Positions 15,001-27,767 of a DNA stretch of 57,158 nt are shown piece after piece. The stretch lies in contig PS015159.1 of the NCBI GenBank assembly GCA_048213135.1, positions 107,652 to 164,809 on the forward strand, given 5' to 3'. Positions within the stretch are counted from its first letter, which is position 1; the number at the start of each line of letters is the position of its first letter. The DNA comes from Reclinomonas americana ATCC 50394. Its lineage: Eukaryota. The position numbers and the translations under genes are program-made. A model generated the notes under the pieces. The model was not told the origin of the DNA. It ran no database searches and saw only the letters and a list, made by a program, of their open reading frames with translations.

Positions 15001-18000
15001 GCCACCACTGGTGCACCTCTGAGTGTGTCGAGTGCAGCCACCCCGTTCTCCGTGCAGAGCCCATCCATCACGGTGACGCCTGTGTCGGTGCCAGTGTTCC
15101 GCGGCTACGCGGTACCTGTGCAGTTTGTTTGTCTGTTCCCGTCACCGGCCACCATTGTCGCCAGTGTCGGCGCAATGTCAGTGGCCTCGGCGTCTGCCAC
15201 CTGTAACGGCAGTGCGGTGAACACACTGCAGTTGCCCATGTCGAGCACGGCAGCGAGTACCACGACGGTGGCTTTTTCGTGTGCACAGTTTGCGGGACTC
15301 GGCACCGCGAGCACCGTCGTTGCGGTCGGTGATGCGCTCTCTAGTTTCTCAGCTGCCGCCGCCCTGTGGTGGACGGGCGACACCACGTCACTGTCGTGGA
15401 CTTGCAGTCTGAGCGCGCAGGCCACTGTGCGAGTGGAGATCAGCACGGCTGGTGGTTCGCCGCTCTTGGAACACGAACTATCCAATGGTGGTGTCGGCAC
15501 CTGTCCCGCCGCGTTTAGTTGGACTCTGGAGAACGATCTCGCTGCGCTGCCTGCCGGCGGTTACTTGGTCACTCTTCGTGACGTGCAGCAGTCAACCTCT
15601 GTGACCGGACCACTGACAGTGGCGCCTGCTGTGCGCTCTTCGCGACTCACGCAAGTGACTGTCACCACTGCGCTCTCGCCGCCGCCCGTCGCCGGCTCCA
15701 CACTGGCATTCACGTACATTTGCAACAACCCGACGACGGTGAATGTGGCGGCTGCATTGGTGGACGTGCACACCGGCACTCGCACGGCGTTGGGTGCCTT
15801 GCCGGCGCCCCCCACCATGTGCGACGGAGTGAACCCTAACTCGGCGTCGATCACGATTCCCACAAGCACCAGCGCCACAGTGGTGTCACTCGAGGTGATG
15901 GATGTGGATAGACCACTGGTCGTGTCGCAGTCGTCGCCATTTTCGGTGCTCTCCCAGTCCGTCACCGCAGTGAGTCTGCTCGGTCCGGCCTACGCCTTTG
16001 TCGGCACGTCGAGCACTGTGTCGTTCCGATGTACGGCGGCGACGCAAGTGGATGTGACACTGCGCTCCTCTGTCGGCGTTGTGCTTGCCACCCTCGCCTC
16101 TGCCGCAGCTGTCTCGTGCGGCAGCGATCCAACTACCGGTTTCGGCACGCAACAATCGCTCAACATCGCGTTCACTGCCGCCTCATTCTCCGGCCCAACA
16201 ACCACTGGCCTGTTGTGGGTCTCGGATTCCGCACAGCCAGCCATCGGTGCCGCCACTGCCACCAGCATTACTGTGTATCGTTGCGTGCATTCCCAGTGTT
16301 TTTTCCTCTGCAATACATGTTCGTTTCCTCAAACAACATTCCCTGTTTCGCCACAGAGGCGAGCATTAGTGTGCCGGTCCTGCAGCCATCGACCGGCTCG
16401 TTGTTCTCCCATTACACGTACTTGGTGTCGTTCACCTGCAAGTCACCTACTGTACAAGTCAACGTGTGGCTCCGCAACGTGGTGGCCAACACACGTGTAT
16501 CGCTGACGCCGGCGTCGTCGGTGACGGTGGTGTGCACGCCAACTGGCACACCGTTCATCAATGTGGTGTCGGTGATGGTTCCCTCCTCCATCACCGTCGG
16601 CACCACGTATGCCATCGATGTGGAGGATGCCAGTACGGCCAGTATCAGTGTCGCCTCGGCATCGGTGGTGGCCGCGGCTGCGTTCACGGCTCCAGCCTTG
16701 TCTCCGCTGGTGACTTCGGTGTCGCGTGGAGAACGTCGCACCATCACGTGGGACTGTGTGGCCACGCAGCTGGTGGGCACCGTGGAGCTGGTGGCGCAGG
16801 TCAGCGGCTCGGAAATTGTGGTGGGTCGAGTGACGGGATGCACAGTCGGTGCCGCACTCTCCTGGTCGATTCCGGAGACACTGCCGCTTGCTGTGCCCAT
16901 CCTGCTGGTGGTGCGTGATGCTGGCGTGCCGGAGGTGTCGGCGAGTGCCGCGCAGACGTTTTCGGTGGCGGGCATTGGCATCGATCAAGTTGTGGTGGTA
17001 TCGGTTGGCACAACTCTGTTGGTGGAGGGTGGGACGGCGCGCGTGCAGTTCGTGTGCACCAGCACGCTCACCACGCAAGTCGACGTATTCTTGGACAACG
17101 CGACGGTCGGCACCGCAGTGGCAGCCACGTGTGGCCCCGCGGCCGCGCCGCAAGTGTACCAGTGGACGTTGCAGCAGTCGGGTACTGGAATGCGAGTGCG
17201 GGTGGTGGACAGTCAGCGTGCCAGGTGAGGGTTGGAGTGAGAGAGAGGAGATTCGTGTTGAAAAAAGAGGTGGTGAACGCAGATTCATGGACTCACAGCT
17301 GTTCTCTGTTTTTTTGCAGTGTGGTGGGAGCAAGCAGCGCTGTGGACGTGCTGGCGCGACAGATTTCGACACCGATTGTGGTGCCGGCGCTGTCGGCGTT
17401 CTTTGCCGGTTCGCCAGCCACCGTGCAATTCCGCTGCAACTCACCTGCTACCACCTCGGTCACGCTGTCGTACCGTCGCAACACTTACCCATTCAACCTC
17501 GGCACTGCGATTGGCACAGTGAGTGTGACGTGCGAGCCTACGATGGCCACCTTGCAATCGTTCGCGTGGGCCGCAGTGCCGCCGACCTCCGTCGATCCGT
17601 GGGTGGTCGATGTGAGCGACGGTGTGGTGGTGTCCACAAGTGCCGTATTCACGCCTCTGCAGCCATCGCTGCAGCTCAGCAACGTCCTCTCAACAGTCTT
17701 CGCCGGCTACACCTTGTCGTTCACACTGCTGTGCAATTTCGATCCTACCACCAGTGTGCAGGCCACGCTGTTGCCGCTGGATTCGCCGGCACCACTCGGA
17801 CCGCGCACTGTGACACTCACGCCCAGTGCCACGAACTGTGCGTCGAGTGGCCTCACCAACAACATGCGCGGAGCAACACCGACAGATCTCACTCCTGGAC
17901 GGTATTCGCTGCTGGTTGCCGACGCCAGTCGACCCACACTCTCAGTCACCTTCCCCACGGTCCTGAACGCCGTGCGCACCCTGTCGATCTCGCTGCTGCG

Positions 18001-20768
18001 TGGATCCATGGTCTACAAACGTGGTGACACGGTGGAGGCGACGGTCGCGTGCGCCGACAACTCGCAGTTCAAACGCCTGGTGGTCGCTGTGGTGCGCGCC
18101 AGCAATCAACAGTACTTGGTGCCGGTGGCCAACGTGTCGCCGTTTGTGTGTTTTGGCTCCACGACTGTCACGTGGCGAGCCGCGCCGGTGACTGGCGAAA
18201 CCATGTTGGCATTGCAGGCGTACGACGGCGACTCTCCGTCGTCCCAGGCAGTGAGTGCCAGCTTCTCAGTCGTCGGTGAGTGTGATACAGGCACGCGTGT
18301 GAACCGCAGAGAAAAAGAAGCATTCCTAACGTAACTTCCCTATCCGCAGAGACGCAGTTTGTGCTCGACGCAGCCGACACGTGGACACCGGTGGCCTTGG
18401 TGCCGGCCACCATCGACTTCTCGTTCCGCTGTCTCGGTGTGGGACGCGCCACAGCAGTCGATGTGGTGCTGCAGAATCTGTCGACAGGCGAAGACGTGCT
18501 GTTGCTGGCGTCCGGTCGCAATGTGGCCTGCGACGGCTCGCTGAACTCGCTGTTGCGCAACATTACGGTGGCCGATGTGGAGCAGTTCGGTTCGGCCACC
18601 AGTGACCTCTTCTCGGTGTTGGTGCGCGACTCGCGGCTCGCCGTCAGCAACAGCACTCGCCAGTTCCAGTTTGTGCCGGTGGAGATTGACATTTCTCGCA
18701 TGCCACCGGCGCAGAGCTACTTTAGCCTGCCCAACTATGTGACATTCACATGCAGCCACTCGTCGGTGCGCCAAGTGTTCTTCGATGTGGTCGATGTGGC
18801 GGATGGACGCGTGTGGTGGTCATCGGCACCATCGTCGCCGCGCACCACAACGTGCGGTCAGGGCGGCTTTGGCGACACGTATCCGTGGTTCCCACCGAAA
18901 GAGGCCGTGTCTCGGCGTGTGCAGTTGGTGATTCGAGATGCTCAGCGGCCGGCCATCCGTGTGGCCACCGATCCGGTGACAGTGCGAGGTGAGTGAGAGA
19001 GAGAGAGAGGGAGGAAGAGAGAAAGGAGGAGAACTGCAGAGGGTTGTGTACTGCAGAGCTCCGTGTAGTGCACTCGTTTACTGTGTCTCGCACAGCCGGA
19101 GCACTTTCGCTGGCCGAGCCGCGTGTGAGCTCCACCGTAAAGCCCTTCTCAACCACCACCATCTCCTGGCGGTGCATGGCGGACGTGCCGCTGCAGGTGG
19201 ACATATCGCTGTTGACGGAGACTGCATCGGTGCGGTGTTTATCTCTCCATTGCCTGGTACTTAGACCTTTGTTTGTTGACTCACTGGCCTTTTTTGTTTG
19301 CACATTGTAGCTGCAATTTGTGGTGGCCACGCGCTGGCCGTCAGTGTGCAGCGGCACAAGCAACGTGTCACTCAATTCGCTGGAGTGGAACTTCCCTGTC
19401 ACCAAGGCCTACGCCAACATGACATCCGAGCGCGCCACGCTGCGCCTCGCCGACTCGCTGACTGGCGAGCAGAGCCACTCGGTGGTCATTTTGTTGCAAT
19501 GTTGCGTGTATGTCGACGCAGAACTGCCGAATAATGACCACTACTCACCTTTTTTTCTTGTGTGGCAGATGAGCAAATCCTCGTCTCTGTGCCACCGTCG
19601 CCGGCGCTGGCGTCACCAGAGGATTCGGTGGGTGTGGTGGCGCTCGATACAACCAATTCACTGACGTGGCGATGTACGCGATTGTCGATGGAATTCGCGC
19701 ATGTGTTGCTTGTCGGTACTCCACCTGCCGGCACCTCACTCGCGTCCTTCTCGCCACCGATACTCCGCTCGGATGCGGTTCCGCCTGTGTTGTCGCCCGA
19801 CGGACTGTCCCTGTTCTGGTTCCTGGCCTACAACGTGACCAGTCAGTGCAGCGATGGTGGTGAGGAACGGAGTAGATAGTGGAGTAGTGGTGCTGTGCTC
19901 GAAACTTATTTGCCACGGCACAGATCAACGAGCCGAGATCGTCAACACGTTGCCGTGGCGTGCCGAGCGGCAATTCGCCGACTCATCGTTCACCTACAAG
20001 GTGCAAGTGGTGGACGCCGAAACGTTCGAGGTGCGCAGTCAGTCCGCCGATTTCGTGCTGGCTCCGGCGCCGACCGCCGTGGATTCGTCGGGCACCAACA
20101 GCGGCAGTGGACTGAGTCGACCGGCGCTCATTGGACTCATTGTCGGCTTGTGTGCGCTGGCCGCACTGGTGGCGGCCCTGATCGCATGCATCCTCATCCG
20201 ACGCCGCCGACGCCGCCGCAGCCTGCTCGAACGTGAGCGTCTGCGGCAGAAGACCGCCTCTGACAAGGCGTTGGTACTCGTGCGCACGCCGCGCTTCAAC
20301 CTCACGCAGGCGCTGGACCGAGCTTCGCCCCCGGCAGAGACGCAGCCGTCGCCCGTGTTCACTGCGCTTGTCGGCGCAATGCCTCCACCGCCCAACACGC
20401 GACCGGCGCCTGTGACGCTGCCACCGGTTCGCTACCGCCGGTTCGGCGCTCTGCTCAGTCCCGAAGCATCGCCTCCACCGCCGCACACCCTGCACCCACA
20501 ACGGCCAAAGAAGGGCGACGACGACGAGGACGAGGACGGCGACGATGCTGGTGGACGTGATGACGCGTCCACCGTAGTGTCGGCGCCGCGGCACCGTCTG
20601 CCTTCGCGCCTGCTGCAAGCACAACGACTCGGTCTGTTTGCTCTGCCGGTGCCGGCCATGGTGCCGTCGCCGGTACCGGAATCGGCACCACCCACCGAGC
20701 CACCATCGAGTCGCCAGTCGAGTCGCACCAGTGCCGCCAGAAAGCTGGTGACGTTGGTCCGCCGGTAA
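12..20768 (+). CDS. Giant multi-exon type I membrane protein, 5' end outside the window: NHL-repeat clusters alternating with IPT/TIG-like modules, then a long run of ~100-aa two-Cys Ig-like repeats, one TM helix and a Pro-rich/acidic cytoplasmic tail
   Basis: Successive + strand ORFs join across GT-AG introns. NHL motifs: LYITDSGNYVIRRV, VYVADTGNNAIR, VADRGNNRIRRV, AQFNAPSGI. IPT-like modules end in G.Y.LC.R....Y. Later repeats follow F.CN.P.TT.V...C.G...W...V.D...S..F.V. TM ALIGLIVGLCALAALVAALIACILI is followed by RRRRRRR (~20125-20220). Stop TAA 20766-20768. Interrupted by gap 3978-4023. Confidence 0.85.
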
Positions 20769-20829
20769 ATGAAGAGCATGAGTTGTCCTGCATGCATGCA
20801 TTCAGTCAGACAGTTTGTGTTTTCGTCGC

Positions 20830-20966
20830 ATGCAAGCACTTGCTGAGTTCCGGGCCTCGCTTGCTCGGCTCGACCCGCAGCTCCACCACCCGTCAGAAGT
20901 TGCGCTGCAGCAAGCAAGCGAGGGGCGAATGAGAACGCGCGCACACACGACATGTCACTGCAGCGC

Positions 20967-20999
<33 letters not shown>

Positions 21000-23900
21000 C
21001 AGAGAAGAGCGTGTGTGTGTTTGTGTATGCTGACACTGTGACGGTGTGTTGTGTCACAGGAGGGTTGGGAAGCGGTCTGGTTGGAGTTTGTTGGTCTCTT
21101 GCGACCNNNNNNNNNNNNNNNNNNNNNNNNNNNNNNNNNNNNNNNNNNNNNNNNNNNNNNNNNNNNNNNNNNNNNNNNNNNNNNNNNNNNNNNNNNNNNN
21201 NNNNNNNNNNNNNNNNNNNNNNNNNNNNNNNNNNNNNNNNNNNNNNNNNNNNNNNNNNNNNNNNNNNNNNNNNNNNNNNNNNNNNNNNNNNNNNNNNNNN
21301 NNNNNNNNNNNNNNNNNNNNNNNNNNNNNNNNNNNNNNNNNNNNNNNNNNNNNNNNNNNNNNNNNNNNNNNNNNNNNNNNNNNNNNNNNNNNNNNNNNNN
21401 NNNNNNNNNNNNNNNNNNNNNNNNNNNNNNNNNNNNNNNNNNNNNNNNNNNNNNNNNNNNNNNNNNNNNNNNNNNNNNNNNNNNNNNNNNNNNNNNNNNN
21501 NNNNNNNNNNNNNNNNNNNNNNNNNNNNNNNNNNNNNNNNNNNNNNNNNNNNNNNNNNNNNNNNNNNNNNNNNNNNNNNNNNNNNNNNNNNNNNNNNNNN
21601 NNNNNNNNNNNNNNNNNNNNNNNNNNNNNNNNNNNNNNNNNNNNNNNNNNNNNNNNNNNNNNCGTGGTCTTTCATCGTCGAGGCGTGCGTGCTCTGCCGT
21701 CGCTCACTGTGGCTGAACAGCGTTGAGCCGTATCACGGCGAAGCGAGCTCGTTTCGTGGCCTCGGCCGTGCAGGCAGTATCGTGCCTCTTCAACGAGCTG
21801 CTGCAGGAGGAGTCGGCGAGGAGAGTGTCGGAGGAGGTGATGGAAGATGAGGACATGGAGGTGGAGACGAGCGTGGCCAACGACTCGACGGCATCGGAGG
21901 ACGCCATCAACATGCGACTCAATCTGGAGCTGTTTCGGAGTGTTGTGCGCTTTGCCAGCGGAGTCTGCTCATGGTTGACCAGCAGGGTACGCGTGGGGAG
22001 TGTCAGGCAGCAGGAGTGGAAAGTTTGCTTACTGTTTGACTGCGCCTCATGGCAATGCAGCGCACCGACAGCTCTCCGGACACGGTGGAGGAACGCGTCT
22101 ATTTCCTTTACCTCGCGTTCTCGCTGCTGGCCTGGGCGGCGCAGCAGCCCGGGTACCTGGCCGAAAGCTCCACTGGTCGCCAGCTGGTCGATGAGCTCAT
22201 TGTTGCGTTTCTTCGGCTGTCAGCTTCTGTGCATCACGCTCTGACCCGTGTGTGTCGCAGTTGGAGGTGCTGACTTGCGGAGCCAGCGACCGCTCGATTT
22301 TGGAGAGAAAGCGCTTGTGCAAGTGGCTGGTGGAAAACAAGAAAGAGAACCGCAAACAGCTGGAGCACTTGCCGGATGTCAGCGAGGTGATGAAGGACAT
22401 CGGTGAGTGGGAGTGGGAGGGGGAGGGGGAGAGAGAGAGGAAAGGAAGAGGGGAAGGGGAGGGGGAAGGGGAGCACTACAGTGACCAGGGCTGTGATTCC
22501 CTGAACTGGGTGTGTGCAACAAACTACGCAGAGAAGTAAGCACAACACATTTGTGAGTGCGTGAGTGTGAGAGAGAGGGGAGAGAGAGAGAGGCCGGAAC
22601 TGTGATCCTCTAAACTGATTGTGTACGAAAAATACGCAGAGAAGCAAGCACAACACCCCACCGTGCCAGACCCGGAAGACGACGATGACCTGACGGACGT
22701 GGTGCAGTACACGGACCTCGGCGTTGGGCTGTACGTCTACTTTACTCGTGTGATGGAGGAGAGGGTCGGTCAGATGACGGTGGCGGCTGGTCTGCCCGTG
22801 CCGGTGCGCTCCTATGTTATGCCACCGACGGCACAGTTTCGTCTTGCGCTGCCGGTGATTGGAGAGATGCTGTCAAGGTGAGACCCGCCTTTTTCTTTGC
22901 CTTCTGGTGTTTTGTGAGATTGCTGACTTGCCTTGGTATGCGATGCGCAAGTCATGTGGCGCCGGTGCACCGATTGGGCGCCCAGTTGGCGGGCCACTTT
23001 ATCGAGCAGCTGGAGGAGGAGTACACGGTCGAGACGGGCCATGAGTTTGACGAACTGATCGACATGACACAGGTGCGTAACGCATGCATGCTCCCCGTCT
23101 TGATGTGTCGATGATGCTCAACGCAATTGCGCAGACGCTGTTGGCCGTCATGGTGTACTCGCCGCTGGACGAGGTTCGACGTGGAGCGTATGCCACATCC
23201 CTCCAACTCGTCAGTCGGTGTCGTCGTTCACTGCAATTCGACCTGCTGTATCGGCTGCTGGACAACTCGAATCACACGCTCGTGAGCATGCTGATTCAGT
23301 GCTTTAAGAACCAGGTGCGTGTGTGCATTCAGTGCATGGTCGCTCTCCATGATTTGTCCTGAAAACCCTTGTGTGTGTGCGTGCGTGCACAGATTGTGCG
23401 CAGTCTGCAAGATTTCCGCCGACTCGGTCGCATGCCAGACGAGGCGAGCGAATTCCTTTCGCCCAAGGCCTACAAGATTGTGTTTTTGTGCCTGCAGCGT
23501 CTGGCCGGATACCCGGTCGAGCACATTGACGCACTAATGAGCCTGCTGAACACGTACAAGTTCCTGCTGCTGGCCAGTCGCGCCAACGCCGACATTCTTG
23601 GTCCCGATCCGTGGCACGCCTGGGCGCCGCGCTCCGTGCGCCGCATGCGAGAGGCCTGCCTCAAACTGTTGTATGAGCGCGCTGGCAAGTCGGTGGCCGA
23701 CGAGGAGCGCAAGCTGGAAGAGGAGCGACTGCGCAAGGCGGTGGTGGAGGACGAATCCATGTCGCCGTTGGCTGCCGGTGAAGGCAAGGCTGGCGAAGGT
23801 GAAGGAGAAGAGGACGATTCAGTGGCGGTGGAGGTGGCCTCGGCGCTGGTGCCGCTGACAGCAGCGGCCAGCAGCACTGTGAAAATCAGTGCCGAGTTGC

Positions 23901-24238
23901 GCACTCGCGATATGCATGACCCGTCGGTGCAGTTCCCGCGCCGCGAGGACGGCGGATTCGAGTCGGCCAACATTGGTGCCGAGCGCGCGCTCATCTCCAA
24001 CTTGTGGGCACTGCAGTCGTTGTACATGGAGGTGAGTGTGGGCAGGGAGGATGGGAAGGAAAGGGCGGGCCGAAAATGCTTATGTGTCCTTCAGGTATTC
24101 GACATGCTCAAGGCGGTCCCACAAGCCCCTTCTGCTGCCGGCACTGTGCTGCCGCCGTCCGCGGTCTCTGCTGGCCCCGTAGAGGAGGATTCCGCGGGCA
24201 GTGCGAGTGGAAGTGGTGGCGAGGGCGGCAGTCAGTGA
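20830..24238 (+). CDS. GLMN: Glomulin/ALF4/Ybp1-family helical protein, multi-exon, spans gap 21107-21662
   Basis: Spliced C-terminal half has family-like motifs: LLAVMVYSPLDEVRRGAY, QFDLLYRLL, HTLVSMLIQCFKNQIV, EFLSPK, VEHIDALMSLLNTYKFLLL. Putative first exon 20830-20898 (MQALAEF...) splices in frame to 21060. Stop TGA 24236-24238. Confidence 0.65.
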
Positions 24239-24322
24239 ATGCGGCCGCACTTTCGTCAGTGACACAAGTAGTACCTCATTTTTTTACAACATTTCTCTCG
24301 CCATAATCGCACACACAGTCTC

Positions 24323-25787
24323 TCATTCCTGCTGATCGGCGGCACGCAGCAGCTCCTTTTCGTCGTGATTGAGGCGTTGCACGAGTTCGCTCCGCGAGCA
24401 CACGAAGCGCTTGGCGTACTCGACGAGCACCGATTTGACCACGCACTTGACGACAACAAGGACCAGCAAGCCGACCAGCACCAACAACCACCACGTTGCC
24501 GGCAGCATGCTTTGTAGTGTCTCGCCGAGTACTCGAGTGAGCTGCGCGTACGTCAGCCACAGGAGAAGGAGCTGGCATGAAATGCGCCCACGCAACGAGA
24601 CAGGCGAGTGGGATCGGCACGAATCCGAGTCGGTGAAGTGCGTTGCCGGAGGCATCGAGAGCGCGCTGTCGAATGTGTAAGGAGGGGGGAGCGAGACAGA
24701 GAGGCGACGGGAATTCACGCACAATCTCATTGGCCGCCAGCGGAGCCGTGACTTGCTTGCACAGAAGCAGGCGGAATACTTGATACGACTCGGGACGAAT
24801 GCCATTGAACTTGGTGAGGAAACAGTGCTTCACCCAGTCGACGCACACCTACAGCGACCCAGGTGAGCCGTGATTGAGTGTACCTCTCTTCACTCAGGGA
24901 CAGAAGCGCACTGAATACCTCAGCTGCTAGCAGCAACAACACCCACAGCACGTCGGCTTGGCCGGCGGCGTGCAGATTCTGAATAACAATCACGATGCTG
25001 TAGACCGTCAGCTGCACGCGCTCGACCGCATCTGCGAGAATGCAGGGAGGCGCTTCAACGGAGGGAATGCAGCAAGGGGAAATGATGGGATTGGCAGAGC
25101 GTCACGCACCACTGCACGAGATCTGGAACAGGTTCTTGTTGTCTAGCCTCTTGAATACGCTGCCCTTCAGCTCTACAAAGTTGTTGGAGATGAGGAGTGT
25201 CAGCAGCGCGTTGTTGCGCGAGTTGAGCGACACGTTCAGCGTGACCACTTGTCCCAGCAGCACCAGCGAGTGCACAACTGTGCGGGTGGCACCGCATGAG
25301 ATATCGCAAGCGGAATAAGAAAAGAGAGAGAAATTGTACGCAACAGAGATAAAAGATGGTGCCGATAAAGGTGACGAGTCGGTGATTTCCGTTGGCGCAC
25401 ACCGCGTAGAAAAAGGCGTAGAGGATGTCGGGTCCGAACGAGCAGCACAGTTTGTCGAACACCTCCAGCAGATTGTAGATGACGTAGAGCTTGAGTGTGG
25501 ATTCGCCGCGCACAAAGTGGTACACCTTGGCGTAGTCAAAGTACAGCAGCACATACACCGTGCAGATCATGATGACGAATTTGAGGAGGTCGGCACGGTG
25601 GGAGAGCTTCAAGCTGGGGAAGAATGGAAAGTGAGTGAGGTGGGAAGGGAGCAGGAGAGGGAGAAAAGAGGGGAAGGGAGAGAATAGGGATCTGAGACTT
25701 CCCCCACTCTCTCCCCTCCTTTGTTTTTTCTCTGTTTCTCCACGTCACAACCCCATTCCTCTCTCTCTTTCTTTCTTTCCTTCTTTC

Positions 25788-25822
<35 letters not shown>

Positions 25823-26589
25823 CAGAGCACTCACCGCGACAGATTACCGGTCATCAGCATAAATACGGAGGCCAGCAGACGCACCGGCAGCATAGTGAAG
25901 AGATACAAGAAGGCGTCGATGCAGGCCAGCGTACCGAGAATCAGAAACTGACGACGCACAGCACAGTGAGCTGTCTGCCAAACACGCACACTACTCGAAC
26001 ATGCACACACCTTTTCCAGCTCCATGGGCACGAGCGCAAAGTTGCGCACTGCCACCTGAATGCTCACCGCCTTGTCGCGATGCGATGCATCGCCCTCCCC
26101 CACGCCCTTGGTGGCGCCCAGCTCGAGCTCCTCGGCAACGAAATCGAGCAGCGGGGCGAGCAGTCCACCTCGTCGCCTCCCACTCGAGGCCGTCGTGGCG
26201 GTCGGCTTTTTCGTGCTGCTGGTGGCCGTCACATTGTTGTTGTTGTTGCTGTTGGTGGCAGTGTTGTTGGCATTGGCGGCGGCGCTGGCCATGGCCTCGT
26301 CGCTGCAAGCAAGTGAGCGCCAACTGCATCACACAAAATGACACTCACAGACGAACCTCTTGACGGCGCTGCTCGGAACGGGTGTCTTCCTCGCCGATGC
26401 CACTGCCTGCTCCTGCTCAGCGGCTGCGGCGGCGGCTGCCACACTCGGTGGAATGTACAGTGAGCCCTCGGTGGCCGAGCGTTCAAGCTTGACTCCCGAT
26501 GACGAAGAACCGGCGGAGGTGGCAACAGTGGCCAGTGACACCTCGCCGCGAATGCTGTCGTAGAGCTGCGTCGCAGGAGGAGTCGTCGG
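24323..26589 (-). CDS. TAPT1: TAPT1/Emp65/POD1 family ER membrane protein (DUF747); first exon missing, probably in the gap at 26651
   Basis: Conserved motifs after splicing: GTLACIDAFLYLFTMLPVR, YHFVRGESTLKLYVIYNLLEVFDKLCCSFG, TLNVSLNSRNNALLTLLISNNFVELKGSVFKR, SDAVER, EVCVDWVKHCFLTKFN, LGFVPIPLACL. Confidence 0.93.
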
Positions 26590-26720
26590 CTGTGAAATCC
26601 ACGAGAGATGTCAGTTGTCTCGTGCGATTGATGATGATCGATCAGTGAGTNNNNNNNNNNNNNNNNNNNNGTGCTCGCATTTCTTCTGTAAAGTGAGGAG
26701 AGCGAGCAAAGGCAAAGGTT

Positions 26721-26900
26721 ATGGATAAAATGGCGTTGGAGCTTGTGCGGAACCCCGCGTTGTGGGACGCTAAAGAGTTGGAGCGACTCACCGAGAGGGG
26801 ACTCGACTTGCTGCTCCGCAAGGCCAACTTGATTGTCATACAAGAGACCAAGAAGCAGAAGGTGACCCGGTTGATGGACCAGCAGTCGGTGTGGCGGGCA

Positions 26901-26937
<37 letters not shown>

Positions 26938-27733
26938 CGTGCATTGATCGATTGACACAATCTCATCACACTTGTATGATCACGACAGAATGCTGCTGCC
27001 TCCGATCGCGAGGCCGGCTCTGCGGCTGGCGCCTCAGGATCTGGGGATCCAGTTGAAGGCCGTCGCGATCGGTGAGCGTGTTTTCGGCACTCATCCGCTC
27101 TTCCGTTGTCCACCCACACCACTTTCACGTGCACCTTACATAATCATGATCATGCAGTGTCGCAGGCAAACGAGAGGCCTCCGCTGATCTTGATGACGAC
27201 GACGATCGCAAGCGTCAACGAACAGGAGGTAGTGTTGCCAGACCGACGTTTGCACATTCTACCACTCTCATTTATTCCTGTCACAGTCGACGAGATTGGC
27301 ACCGTCATCTCTCGCATGGAGAGACAGCCGTTAGTGCCTTACGAGCGTCTGCTGATTAGGGGCGCCAGATTTCGTCGTCTCAATGATCCACCCAAGCAGG
27401 TGCGCTGTCGCGTCTGCAATCTCTGCTTGGACGCACGACTCACTGTTTGTACAGTTCACCCGTGCCCACATGCGGCTTGTGCATCGACGCATTCCACCCG
27501 ATGTGCTGTCAATGCTTGCCAAGCACATTGAAATGCAGGCGGTTCAAGATCGCAACTTGCATCCGTTTGTCGTCGTCGAAGGTGGACCCGGTACTGGCAA
27601 GTCTCGCTTGCTGGACGAGCTGGGAGAGCTGCTCGAACATGAAATCGATGAGTTTCTACTTGCAAGAGGATCGCTGCGTGCCGCGGCACCGTTTCGGAAA
27701 TTGCGCAACGCACTACACAGTGGCCGAGTGACG

Positions 27734-27767
<34 letters not shown>

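Noticed and set aside
7196-20801. Long antisense ORFs opposite the giant gene
   Set aside because: Expected shadows of GC-rich, biased codon usage; no domain-like content.
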